From: Neoconidiobolus thromboides FSU 785
Taxonomy: Eukaryota > Fungi > Entomophthoromycota
NCBI GenBank assembly: GCA_025603075.1
Contig: MU626276.1
Location: 1 to 64,000 of the forward strand
Direction of reading: 5' to 3'
DNA: 64,000 nt
The notes below the pieces were generated by a model that worked only from the letters and a program-made list of their open reading frames with translations, had not been told where the DNA came from and ran no database searches. Below are positions 1 to 12,178 of this stretch, one piece after another; position 1 is the stretch's first letter; the number at the start of each line of letters is the position of its first letter. The position numbers were made by a program, and so were the translations under genes.

Positions 1-188
1 GTGGTAACAGGGAATGGTATATGAACTGCGTTGATATTGAAATTACCGGTGGTACACCAGGTGGTAAACTAACTGGTAAAGAAATGTTGGTTGCTGACTT
101 ACCGGGCTATCCCATTTTTGAAGAATTTTCAATTGCTGGTCCACAACTGGAAAAGTTTGACTCCCGAAATACTATTTCAATTCCTTAG
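1..188 (+). CDS. AA11-type lytic polysaccharide monooxygenase, 3' fragment (gene starts before the window)
   Basis: The frame from nt 3 reads GNREWYMNCVDIEITGGTPGGKLTGKEMLVADLPGYPIFEEFSIAGPQLEKFDSRNTISIP*, with TAG at 186-188. It is near-identical to the C-termini of the two downstream paralogues. NRExYMNC is the AA11 motif carrying the axial Tyr. Confidence 0.85.
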   Translation, partial: GNREWYMNCVDIEITGGTPGGKLTGKEMLVADLPGYPIFEEFSIAGPQLEKFDSRNTISIP

Positions 189-907
189 CAATATCATTTA
201 TAATTAAAGCATTTTGTATTTGAAGAAAACTGCTTCTCATCACTTTATTGTTCTATCATAAATAAATTATAAATAGCACTATAACACCAAGATAATAAAT
301 TATAATTATCGTTTTAACTTTAGTTTCTTAGTGTATGTTTTTAAAATTAAAGTTAATCGATCTATCGTTAAATTATCATTGAATATAGTTATCTTAAATA
401 TGGTTACATATTATGATACTTTAGCTGAACCTTTATCTCATTTACATCTTTGAGCAAATTCGAAAGTTCTAGTTTCTTGATGTTATTTGATAATACATCT
501 TGATTATATACATCCATACATAAAGATCATCTGTAAGTTAAGTTGAGGTTTAAACCTTTGCTCTTTATAGTTAATTTATTAAAAGAAATAGTATTTTCTA
601 ACCATATGTGTTCGTATTAGGATACATTAAAGCAAGAAGCTTTCCATTCAGAAATCTTAACATTTATAACACTATAACAAGTAAGATATTATCGAACTGT
701 TTTGTTAGTGACCTCGCTTTGACTATACAATATTTCAATCAGTTTTATCAGCAATAAACTATTTAATTATACATATAGTTATGAAAAAAAGATAATCAAG
801 CGATAAAGCATACTCGGATAATAATTTAAAGATAAACACATAATTTATCAAATAAAATAAAGAACTAAAGGGGATCATCTTATTTGATTAAATATCAAAT
901 AATAGCA

Positions 908-1614
908 TCAGGGGATTGAAATAGTATTTCGGGAGTCAAACTTTTCCAGTTGTGGACCAGCAATTGAAAATTCTTCAAAGCCAACATAGCCTGGTAAATT
1001 AGCAACCAACATTTCTTTACCAGTTAGTTTACCACCTGGTGTACCACCGGTAATTTCAATATCAACGCAGTTCATATACCATTCCCTATTACCAATAGCA
1101 TTTATCCACCCCCAAGCCAAAGTAGCATTTTTACTTGGTGGAATATTACTTGGTAATGGTATATTATATTTTAAACTATCAATGATGCAATTGTTGAATA
1201 CATCTTTTAATACTACAAACTTTTTATCATCATAACTTAATGCAAACTGACAATGTCCACCATTGTGTATAGCAACTCCAGTAAGTTCTACTGCAATTGA
1301 GCTACCAGCTTGATAACTTGCTTGCACAGGACCTTTTGGATGACCTTTGCATGGGAAAGGATAAGTGAATCCAGCCTAAATAAGATGAATTGGAGTTAAT
1401 ACTTACTTTATGATATTTTCGCTTGTTATGAAAGTCATATATATGTGAAAACACTACTTACCTTACTGCCTAAGGGATTTAATCCATCATAATCAACGTT
1501 ATTAGTTTGTTGATAATAAGGAGAGTACTTTGATCTACGATGATATGGGGTGATGAATTCTATATGAGCCAATAAGGAAGCAGTAAAAATAAGAAAAAGG
1601 AAGTTTGAGATCAT
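908..1614 (-). CDS. Secreted AA11-type (chitin-active) LPMO, 2 exons
   Basis: ATG at 1614; signal peptide MISNFLFLIFTASLLA followed by His1 (HIEFITPY). Phase-0 intron 1376-1461 (GTAAGT..TTTAG) joins LGSK|AGFTYPFPCKG. Motifs AIHNGGHCQ, TLAWGWINAIGNREWYMNC and FPCK match AA11. The ORF track shows exon 2 only. Confidence 0.88.
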
Positions 1615-3191
1615 AGTAGTAGATGTATTATTTGTTTTTATTATTTATTTCGTTCTATTCCCTTTATTTATAGTAGCTAAAGTTAGGTATGTCATTAATG
1701 AGTTATTTTTACTGCTATTCTTATATTGACATTAAATTACAATAGTCAGAGTGCTATAATGTGATATATCATCAAGCTTTGGTACGAATAAATCTTCAAC
1801 ACCATATTGCTAAATATATCGATAATGTTATTAGTTTTTTGAGTTTAAAAGTTTTTGCCGATAACATGATTCAATTATGTTTCTTTTTATTTTATTGCTT
1901 TTGATTTGGATATAAGTTTTAATAACCCTGTTGCCCCTTTATTAAAAATTAAGTAACTTGGTTTCACCATGATGTTTGTCTTTTATAGGGCTTTGAAGGC
2001 ATAGTACTTTCAAATATTATCAGTCTTAAATATAGAAAACTCAAGTTTTAATAAAACAAACTAATGTAAATGATCTAGTTTATTAGTATCATAGTCGCCA
2101 TTTCATTATATTATTTTTAAAATTGTACAGTAAAATTTCTTTATATAGAAGTAAGAACAAAATAATACAGTAATTTAATGAAATTAAAAAAACCATCATA
2201 CTTGAAAGGGAAATCGAGATAATTAAGGTAAAATGTCAATTATGAAAGCATATTGCGATGAATGTATGAAAAAAAGCGAGAAGGTAGTATTGTAATAAAT
2301 ACGAGATACTACTATATACTTGATAAATAAGCAAGTACAACTATATAAGTTTATGGTAAGCAATTGAAGTAATGATTTATCCAATTTATAGGTTGTGTTT
2401 CGAGCCAACTTCTCTTTTATTTCAGAGATGTAATTTACCTCTCACCTAAGGTATCTCAATAAAATACTATACCATTAATCAAATACAGCAATTTATATAT
2501 ATAGCTATGCTATACCATCATCACATGAAAACTACCTCCCACAGTGATTTACGTTTATCGACCAGGCTATCATATCACCTTAAAATAGGAAAGAGATATT
2601 TAAATAAGTAAAAAAATAAAGAACAACTTTATTGATTTGAGGAAAAAATAAGTTAGTATTATTTACAAATAATTAAGCGATTATTGAAGGCACTTTTTAA
2701 TAAGTGTTTGCCTCAATAAAGCTATATGGTTTTGAGCCATCACTTGAAATATCACCTGTACTTGGCTAAGGCACTATGGCCTCTAATATGATATTATAAG
2801 GTGATTCCCCAGTTCTGAAATGGCATCAGAGTTGCTAATATTTTCAAAACTATTAACTAAAAATTTATACAATTTTATCAAGGCTATCCAGGCTATACTC
2901 AGTAATATACAAATTGAATAATAAAGCAGAGAGGTCTTGTAAGTTGGCTATTTCTCTGAATGTTCTCCAGCATTGCACTCTTTTAAGAACACTTAAAGCT
3001 AAGACTAAGTACGGAAAAATTAAAATTATATAATAAACACCTTTACTAAAAGATACTTTGATTTAACGTATCTATAACCTTTTACATTTGTGCTCTCTCG
3101 TTTTATTTCTGAGAAATTCCTTTTGGATAGGCAGCTAAACATTTAAAGTTGGAGTTAAACTCTTCTAAAGTTTAATATAAATTACTATGTA

Positions 3192-3284
3192 TAGGGATGT
3201 ATTTTTTGTATATGAATTTCATTAGCAATTTTTTCACTCAAATAATACTTAAATTAAAAAAGTGATAAAGTCAAAAACATTCTA
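3192..3284. mobile_element. MITE-like foldback element, degenerate copy P
   Basis: TAGGGATGTATTTTTTG...TTTTCACTCAAAT..ACTTAA...AAAAACATTCTA aligns by eye to the family consensus. It lies between AA11 copies 2 and 3. Confidence 0.6.
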
Positions 3285-3521
3285 TGTTTAGTATTTAGTA
3301 TCAACCCATAAGTGCAATATCTGATAAACAATCAAAGATATAATAATTGGCGAATCAACTATTGAATATTAATATATATTATAAGTAGTAAGTATAAACT
3401 ATTATACAAAATTATAATAGCTAAAATAGAAACCACAAACAACAAATATGATGAGATTCACCATTAATAAAAATATCATGAAATCAATTTTAGATTATGT
3501 TTATTAAACGCAACGAAAGTA

Positions 3522-4192
3522 TTAAGGAATTGAAATAGTTTTACGAGAATTGAATTTTTCTAATTGTGGACCAGCAATTGAAAATTCTTCAAAGCCAACA
3601 TAGCCTGGTAAATTAGCAACCAACATTTCTTTACCAGTTAGTTTACCACCTGGTGTACCACCGGTAATTTCAATATCAACGCAGTTCATATACCATTCTC
3701 TATTACCTATAGCGTTTATCCACCCCCAAACCAAAGTAGCATTTTTACTTGGTGGAATATTACTTGGTAATGGTATATTATATTTTAAACTATCAATGAT
3801 GCAATTGTTGAATACATCTTTTAATACTACAATATTTTTATCATCATAAGTTATACCAAACTGACAATGTCCGCCATTATGTACAGCAGTTCCGGTAAAC
3901 TCCACAGCAATTGAGCTACCAGCTTGATAACTTGCTTGCACAGGACCTTTTGGATGACCTTTGCATGGGAAAGGATAAGTGAATACTTCCTATACTTTTT
4001 TAGTAAATCTTTTTAAAACATGTAAAAGCTTTTACGTACTTGTCTGCCTAAAGGATCTAAACCGTTCCAGTCAACGTTATTAGTTTGTTTATAGTAAGGT
4101 GAGTATTTTGATCTACGATGATATGGGGTAATAAACTCCATATGTGCTAATAAAGAAGTAGCGAAGATAAGAAATAAGAGTTGGGAGATCAT
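3522..4192 (-). CDS. Secreted AA11-type (chitin-active) LPMO, 2 exons
   Basis: ATG at 4192; MISQLLFLIFATSLLA then HMEFITPY (His1). Intron 3990-4039 (GTACGT..TATAG) sits at the same position as in the paralogue. Motifs AVHNGGHCQ and GNREWYMNC are present. Confidence 0.9.
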
Positions 4193-6374
4193 AGCTTTAT
4201 ATATTAAAAATAATATATTTTAGTTTGTTTTAGTTTATTTTCTTTACTATTTATACCATTTAAAGTGAGATATTTTTTAGTTAATTGATTTATATTATTG
4301 ATATTGCTCAAATATGCAACTAGTTTATTTCTCTAATAATAGTAGAATAATGTGATATGTCATTATTTTTTTAGTGCTCAAAGATTTGATATATTCCCAA
4401 ATATAGCTATAGATTTAAATTATTTCCTTAACTCATTTTGAATTGTGATGGTTGAATTTTTTTAAATTTTAATAAAAGTTATTCTATCTTTCTTTGAATT
4501 CGCTTGTAAAGATAAAGAATCAATCTTTATTTCTTTTATGTTTCATTCCTTTAGAATTTATTCAATTACAATTGAGTGTATTAAAATAACCAAAGTTAAA
4601 ATTAATTTGAAGACAATCTTTTTTCCTTGCTAATGCCAAAAAGCAGAACACTTATTTTTAAAAATTCAAATAAAGGATAAAAAGGAGGATAATCAGAATT
4701 ACGGAGGGAGTGCTTAAGGTTTATTAATTATAGATTCATTTAAAATTTATTTCAAGAATAAATTCTTATTATCACTTTTAGACAAAAATAAACAGAAGCG
4801 ACATTTTCCTCCTTTTGAGAGACTCATTTTTTCTGTATATAGCAAGAAATGCTCATTGTTCAATGTGACAGTCAGTAGGTAATAATTTTAAAAGTTTTAA
4901 AAGATCTATAAGACTTAACCAATTAAATCTAGATCACTAAGACTATAATTTATTCTTTTAATATAATGAGTTTAAATTAAACTGATGAGATGACAAGGTC
5001 CAACAGTAAAAAATGTATAATTCCTGCTTCACTATTATTAAAAAGCAAAGCTTGACTTTATTTTATCTACTATAATAAAGGTCGCTAGGTTGGTTTATGG
5101 TATGTTATTGTAATGTTTGAATAAAGTATCGCAAAGTCTACTTTTAAAAAGGGTTAACTATATGGATAATAAATAAACATAACGGGAACAACATATGATA
5201 GCATGATATAGATCATATTGAGTAATGATTAGCTATGTATGATTTCTAAATAAATCTCTCATTTACCTCAACCACAGTCTTTTTATATGATATAATGAAT
5301 TAATAAATAAATCGAGGTATTATATTTTGACTTTATTGAGAACATAAAAAAACAGAAACAAGTATTATTTTAAAGCTTGTTATAAAACCAGTTGTTAGTT
5401 ATATACCCTTAGCGGAAATTGAAATATCTCTAAATTAGTAAATTGCAGGCTATATAAAGCAGACTATAGAAATAAATGTTTATCAAACGCTGTACAAGGT
5501 ATAAAGTCGCATAGACAAATGAACAATAAAGCTAATGACTATATACATGTTTGTGCTTATACATAATCTTTAATACATATTAATATTAAAAAACAATAGT
5601 ATGAAGGCAAGTTACATCACCATAAGTTAATATAAGGCTGCGTTTGAATCCATAACCAAACTTATCCACAAGCTCAAATATGGGCATGTCTTTTGTTTAA
5701 AAATTCCACTAAAAAATTTCCCACTCATCAACATTTAAAAAATGGATAAAGGAATAGATTAAAAAATGTCTATACTAAATATTATGAGTTTGAAATTTGA
5801 AAAAAAAGTACAATTTCTTTAATAAAGAAAATAAGGCTGTTATTGCCTTAGTTTATGCCTAATTTGCCTTTTTAGCAAAAAATTAAAACCGGAATATAGC
5901 TGAACCTTGGGTTTAACTTTATCCATACAAGTAGTTGGGTTTAAAGCTATGTACTTTTAAAAAGCTATACAGATAAAATTTTAATTATTGTAATAAACTC
6001 TTTATTGAGGCATTTTTAGTTACTCTATAAATGACTCCCTTCTGTCAAAAGTAAATTGATTTTATGAAATTTTTGAGTCACCTATGGATATGATCGCTAT
6101 CACCTTAGCAAAAGCGCTATTAGTGATTTAATTAAAACAAAATGCTATAAAGACTCAGCTATAAAATCAATAGGCTTTATTAATACACATTTGATTAAAA
6201 TTTAGTAATAGATAAATCCATTACCACTTTTGTACTAGAAAAAGGGCTACAATATAATATAAATTTATACACTTGTGTTACCACATATTTCAACTACAAA
6301 GAATCATTCTAATTCCTTCAAAATCAAAACATAAACGATAGAAAATGATCCCCTTTACTAATATAATAAATTTA

Positions 6375-7679
6375 TTATAGGCTTACCCAGTTTAACATTG
6401 GAATTTTCTTTGGGTCAATATAAAATGGAATATTCATAATATACTTACTAGGGGCAAATAATAAGAAAGGGATAGTAAACTTATAGTTGAATTTTACATC
6501 TATACTTATAAGATCTAAAATTTTAACACTGACTACCTCAATATTTGTAAATGAGGATAGAAAGTCGAGAAGATTGTCAAATGAACCATTATAAAAGTCA
6601 ATTTTAATTTGTTTAATAAACTTACATTTAATTCTACTATATTGTCCCTTACAAAAATTGTTATTGTCCAAGCCAAATTTATCAAATATTTGAGTGATGT
6701 TAAAATTTAAGTTCACAAAATGAATAATCTGTATATTCGATAAGGACGAAATTGACTGTAATAACTTTATTGAAAAATCATTAACATGAATTTCCTTTAA
6801 AGCAGGTAATTTGAAAAAATCATAATTATCCAAATATTTTAATTCAAAATATCCTAAGGCAGTAATGTTATCATTTCCAATTTCTGTTAAATCACTATGC
6901 TGCCTATTGTTAAAATAATGGTAATTGGAATTCAAAATTTTTATACTGTGTAATTGTTTTAAATCGCCAAAACATTTGAGATCAAGATTGTAATCAAGAT
7001 CTCCTATAATCTCCAGTCTTAAATTAGGAACAAAGTTTAGATTAGAGTCAATTGGAATCGAATTATCAATAAATCCTTTAGATTCCAAACGTAGTACTTT
7101 TAATTTATCAAATTTGACTTTAACAATATCTATCCCATCAAGGTATAAAAAATGTCCTGCATCAATTATAAGTGAATGTAGCTTATCTGGATTGAAATAT
7201 TCAACGATAGTATTGATAATTATAATGTGTCCGCTGATTTTGATTGCTTCAACTTGCTTTAATAAATCAATAAATAAATTAAGCGAATCTCTGTGTTTGA
7301 GACAATTTATGTTTAATTTTTTCAGTTTTGGTAATCTAAGTTCTAATTTGTTACTATTATTATTATTACCTGTGTGATTATAATTTAGAGATGCTACATT
7401 CGGACAATAGTGCAAAAGTCCAATATTATTACCATTTATATTCACATGTTTCATTGACAGTCCTTCTTCTTTAATGAATTTTTCTTGATAATCGTGTTGA
7501 TATTTTTTAAATCCTTCCTGATTGTAAATTGAATATCTTAAATTACCTTCAATAACATTTCTCACAATCTTAAACAGACATTTATTTAAAAAGCATAAAT
7601 CAAATAATTCTTCTGGATTGACTAATTGAAAAATTTCCTCTATCAAGATGTCTGACAATAAATCAAATTGCAACACCAT
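6375..7679 (-). CDS. F-box-like protein with degenerate leucine-rich repeats
   Basis: Intronless 434-aa ORF. N-terminal F-box-like pattern (FDLLSDILIEEIFQLVNPEELFDLCFLNK) is followed by repeated LxxLxI/L strands (LKKLNI, LHSLII, LKVLRL, LHSIKI, LKEIHV, IKQIKI). Confidence 0.7.
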   Translation of the reverse strand: MVLQFDLLSDILIEEIFQLVNPEELFDLCFLNKCLFKIVRNVIEGNLRYSIYNQEGFKKYQHDYQEKFIKEEGLSMKHVNINGNNIGLLHYCPNVASLNYNHTGNNNNSNKLELRLPKLKKLNINCLKHRDSLNLFIDLLKQVEAIKISGHIIIINTIVEYFNPDKLHSLIIDAGHFLYLDGIDIVKVKFDKLKVLRLESKGFIDNSIPIDSNLNFVPNLRLEIIGDLDYNLDLKCFGDLKQLHSIKILNSNYHYFNNRQHSDLTEIGNDNITALGYFELKYLDNYDFFKLPALKEIHVNDFSIKLLQSISSLSNIQIIHFVNLNFNITQIFDKFGLDNNNFCKGQYSRIKCKFIKQIKIDFYNGSFDNLLDFLSSFTNIEVVSVKILDLISIDVKFNYKFTIPFLLFAPSKYIMNIPFYIDPKKIPMLNWVSL

Positions 7680-8029
7680 GTAATAGATTTATAATATAAA
7701 AATAGAGTCTATGAAGTTTATAAGTTTGAATACTTTCAAGAGATATTTAATGGTTGTTTTAAACCTAAAATTAGATTTAGATTTGAAATGTGTTGATATT
7801 AAACTTGCTAATAGTTGATACTTTATTTCTTAAAAAGTTATGGAAAGTATATTAGCCTCAAATGGTCAAAAAAGAATTGATAGCGTTAGGTTTATAATCA
7901 CATAACGAGTAGGTTAATTATGCACCCCGTTTTAATAAAAAGAACCAATAAAAAGCAAGGGTCGGGAAATCTAATTAATATTAGTAATAAAAAAATCAAA
8001 ACTATCAATCTATTTTTTTAACTTCCAAG

Positions 8030-8938
8030 ATGATAGAAAATTCAATATTAGCAAGCGGGTTAGCAGCAGTAATAAGTAGAACTATAATGCATCCAAGTAA
8101 GTAAACCATAGATTTAATTATTTATATTAATCAATTATTAGTTGATACATTAAGAATAAGATATCAAGTAGGAGAAAAATCCCTTGAAAATAGTAGTAAA
8201 CCTCAAAAAGGATTAAGCGTATATAGGGGTCAGCTTAGAGGATTATATTCTGGCTATTCAGTTGCATTATTGTTTACATTACCTGGGATGACAATCTTTT
8301 ATACAAGTTATGATATAAACAAGAAAGTATTGGACAAGTATTTTAATATCGATCAAAATAATTCATTAAATCACTCGATTTCCGGATTTTTATCTTCAAA
8401 TTTAGCAGGGTTAATATTTAATCCAATGGAAGTAATAAAAGGGTATTTGCAAGTCCAGGGTAACGATAGTCAGCAAGTCAAAGTTAATAAGCTAATTCAA
8501 CAAATTTATAGAAAACAAGGGATGGTTGGGTTCCAAAATGGGTACTTTTTATCAGTAGCAGTGTTTGGTCCTCATAATTTAATTTACTTTTCATTTTATG
8601 AAAAATTCAAAAAGTATTTCAATGACAATAATAATAATGATTCATTAAATTTTGTAAAAGCTTCTGCATTATCGACTTTACTTGCAGTAACATCAACTCA
8701 TCCAATCGAAGTTTTACGTTCAAAATATCAATATTTAAAAACAGAACAAAATTTCGGTACAAGTAAAAATAAAGTAAATATTTCAAACTTAATTAAATCA
8801 ATCTATAAAAATAATGGAATACGAGGATTTTATAAAGGAATGTTATTAAGGTGCTTTTATTTTATACCAAATACAACTATGACGATGACTTTATTTGAGT
8901 TATTTAAAATTAAGTTAATGGATTTTAATAAAATATAA
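8030..8938 (+). CDS. Mitochondrial carrier (SLC25), substrate unassigned, 2 exons
   Basis: ATG at 8030; intron 8097-8141 (GTAAGT..TTAG). The three carrier signature repeats are HPIDTLRIRYQ, NPMEVIKGYLQ and HPIEVLRSKYQ, with GFYKG-type motifs. Confidence 0.9.
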
Positions 8939-9024
8939 AACTATAATCAAATTATTTTTATTATCTTACATTTAGTAATATTGATAAGAAAGTGAGTAGG
9001 TTGATAATGGAATTATATTTTAGT

Positions 9025-10087
9025 TTAAATAACATAGTATAACAATGATATTGATATAAAACATAAATTGAATACTGATTGATCAATTAAAGCGAACGAA
9101 TTTGGTAAAGTATTGTTTGATTTAGTGACCTGATCTAATTTGAATATTGGTCTATTTACAACTTTAAAATCATTACTATTTGCTTCACTTATATTCAAGT
9201 TAATTATATCTTGGACGGATTTAATATTATTATTGTTATTGTTATTAAATGACTTTAGCTTCCAAAATGAAGTATAATTTGATTGAGTAGGCTTCAAACT
9301 ATATACATTCAATTTCCCATTAATTTCATATCCTATACTACTATTCCCGCCATTCAATCCTAAGTCAAAATAGTATACTTCCTTTCCTTTATAATAACCT
9401 GTATTTTTTGTCACTACATCATTTTCTACAGTTGATCCTTTTGGTACTATTGGGTAATTTACATATAATTTACTCTAAATTTAAATCAGTTATTATCATA
9501 CTACTATTGATTAAATTATACAACTTACCGAACTATTTATATCATTAAATTTATTTTTTATAGTTTTAGCATCTTTATCTTCATTAAGTTTATAATCTTT
9601 TGAAACTTTAACGTAATACACTCTTTTTAAATCACTATAATCCAAATCCCCTGGTAAATGATCAAAAATAACTTTTTGACCTTCTAGTAATATTGGTCTT
9701 CCCTCATTATCAAATCCTAATAACAGTATAAAACTTTTGTTCTATATTTTCTATATATTAGTTACCAGTGACTATAATATAAACTGGACAGGGTTGTACA
9801 TCAGAACCATAAGCAACTGAGTTATTGCCAAAATCTAAAAAGTGAAATTTCTCGCCATCGATGCTAACATCGTTTAATTTTAATCTTCCAATGTAAAAGT
9901 TAATAATGAATTTGAAAGTTTACGATGTATTAATGTTACTCTTTACCAGCCCCATCAATATCGAATTCGGTTTTATTTTGTTGAGATAAAACTATATGAA
10001 TGTTGAGTATTGTTTTATATATTTAAACTTAAAATTACTTTGTACAATAAAATTACAAAATAAAATACTTAATAATAAAAATTTCAT
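9025..10087 (-). CDS. Secreted, probably GPI-anchored two-repeat protein of unknown function (multi-exon)
   Basis: ATG at 10087; signal peptide MKFLLLSILFCNFIVQILS, intron 9992-10038 plus about three more. Two internal repeats: (F/Y)xxD(F/L)G ... Y(S/T)x(L/F) ... VNxPI. Hydrophobic C-terminal tail. The exon 2/3 boundary is ambiguous, with two in-frame acceptors. Confidence 0.75.
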
Positions 10088-10555
10088 TAATTATCAATTT
10101 ATAAAGCAAATAAAGTTTTTAAAATTTTATTTTTATTCCATTATATATTAGCGTTTTTTGTTTATCTCTTTGAGTAATGAAACCGAAGTAAGATAGGAGC
10201 GAGAAGGTTTCAATTAAGTGATAAAAAGCAAAATCTCATTCATCATGTAGAGAGATTGAAACATACAGATAATGTAATATTAATACTAAATCGTAATTTT
10301 TTAAAAATAAGTCATTTTTTATTAAATGAAATTGAGAATTCAATTTAACCAATCAAGTTTCTTAATTTACTACTTTTTTCAACAGTTAAAGTTTTTAAAC
10401 TTATTTTCCGATACTAAGGATTATCTTTTATTACCATAAATTTAATCTCATACTCAACTTAATGAAATAAATAATAAAAAAGGAATTATAAATAACAAAA
10501 TAGTTAAATAATGACAAGTTTTTATTTTTTAACATCTTGTAATTAATTTCTTATT

Positions 10556-11716
10556 ATGATATTAACTAAATTCTTCTTTTTATTAAGTTATTTTAATATC
10601 ACTATATTCTCTCAAATCGTTATTGAATCAAAGGATAACAATGTAGTGAAATACACCAATTTAACAATGAGAAAACCACACGATTCTATCTTAAAATGCT
10701 TAGGAGAAAATCCCCAAACAATGGAGTATTATAATTTTATACAGAGTGATCAATTTAAAGAAATACGTACTTTATTAGAGCAATCAAACGAAAAGATAAC
10801 AATATTAGCACCAAGTAATGAAGCAATGAAGCAAATAAATAGTATCAACAGATTGACCGATCTAGATTTAAAGAGCGTATTACTGTATCATATTTTACCT
10901 GGTTTAATACCAGGTAGCTCAATACAATCTTTACATTTTGCTAATACACTATTAAAAATCCAAGGTAAAGAGCAAGGTATGAAATGGGCACGTTTATCGT
11001 TAGGTCAAATTCAAGTAAGTTCTGGCCCATTACCTCCAGCAACGATTATAAACTCCGATTTAGCTAGCTTAAACGGTTTAGTTCATGTAGTAGATCGTTT
11101 ATTGATACCACCATCAACGGTTACAGATACGTTAAAACTAGCTAATCTGACTCATTTCTTAGAAATGACAACTAGTAACGATTTGATTGTCACTATGGAT
11201 AAATATAGCGGTGGTACTGTATTGGCACCTAATAACTTAGCCCTAGAAAAATTTGTTAAAAATTATCCATCCATTTTGGAGGATTTGGACGCTATTTATC
11301 AGCTTTGTCAAGCTCATTTTGCACCTAAACAAATACGCTACTCTACTAGAATTTCGGATAATAACCACTCCTTAATGACTTTAAACGGTATTTTTGAATT
11401 TAATAGAAGTGAGCAAGGACTTTTGATTAATCAAATTAAAGTTCAATCGGCTGATCTTATTACTAGATTTGGGGTTTTACATATTTTAGAAGGTTTATTA
11501 ATACCTGGAAATGGCTTCAAATCTAATAGCAGTAATAATAATAACCCAACTAGTGTCAACAGTAATAGCGATCAAAATAGTAATGACAATAGTAATGGTC
11601 CAAGTAATATTCAAAGTACTATCCAGAATGATATTCAAAGCAATCCCAATAATAATAACGAAGTCAAACTATCTCCTGTAGTTAAACATACACGTGAAGC
11701 TATGCCAATAGTTTAA
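10556..11716 (+). CDS. Secreted fasciclin (FAS1) domain protein, two FAS1 domains plus Asn/Ser-rich tail
   Basis: Signal peptide; H1 motifs TILAPSNEA and TVLAPNNLA; H2 motifs NGLVHVVDRLLIP and FGVLHILEGLLIP. Confidence 0.92.
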   Translation: MILTKFFFLLSYFNITIFSQIVIESKDNNVVKYTNLTMRKPHDSILKCLGENPQTMEYYNFIQSDQFKEIRTLLEQSNEKITILAPSNEAMKQINSINRLTDLDLKSVLLYHILPGLIPGSSIQSLHFANTLLKIQGKEQGMKWARLSLGQIQVSSGPLPPATIINSDLASLNGLVHVVDRLLIPPSTVTDTLKLANLTHFLEMTTSNDLIVTMDKYSGGTVLAPNNLALEKFVKNYPSILEDLDAIYQLCQAHFAPKQIRYSTRISDNNHSLMTLNGIFEFNRSEQGLLINQIKVQSADLITRFGVLHILEGLLIPGNGFKSNSSNNNNPTSVNSNSDQNSNDNSNGPSNIQSTIQNDIQSNPNNNNEVKLSPVVKHTREAMPIV

Positions 11717-12178
11717 TCACATTTATTTTATTGTATATTTTATCATTTTATCTGTAATAAAAGACTTATTTCAAATTTACTTTAATTGATATTTATTGCT
11801 TTAGCTAAGTTGATTGATAATTAGTATAGATGATTTGTTAGTCAATATTTTATCATATTTTGTTTTACGAAATTGTATTCAAAACTAAGCTTCATTTAGG
11901 AAGTTAAAATTATATAATATTATAAATAAACTCAAACTATATTAATGTCTAACTTAATAAACGGAGTTAGTTATGAAAAATAGTTCATATGAGCTAGCTA
12001 AAAAAGGAAGGAGTAAATAAAGAAAAGGATAAACCTAAAAGATTAAGTTGATTCACAAATTGAAAGGCAAGAAAATCTTATCAACCAAGAAATTTAAATA
12101 AGTATAAAAGAGGATAATAATAAAATATAAAACAGTCATTAATGAATTCAATTTTATTGATATTTTTTTAAAAATTCT

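Noticed and set aside
2223-2408. Small ORFs 2223-2408, 7114-7377, 22439-22633, 28060-28263, 28317-28562, 57847-58107 and 61054-61341
   Set aside because: Non-ATG or AT-biased Ile/Phe/Leu/Lys-rich translations, antisense to real genes or relics, or running into a MITE. No motif support.
2700-2960. Minus-strand peptide ...HFRTGESPYNIILEAIVP... resembling an LTR integrase YNxxxHxxTGxSP motif
   Set aside because: A single short match amid many stops, with no upstream DDE motifs or LTRs. It could be chance and needs a frameshift-aware search.
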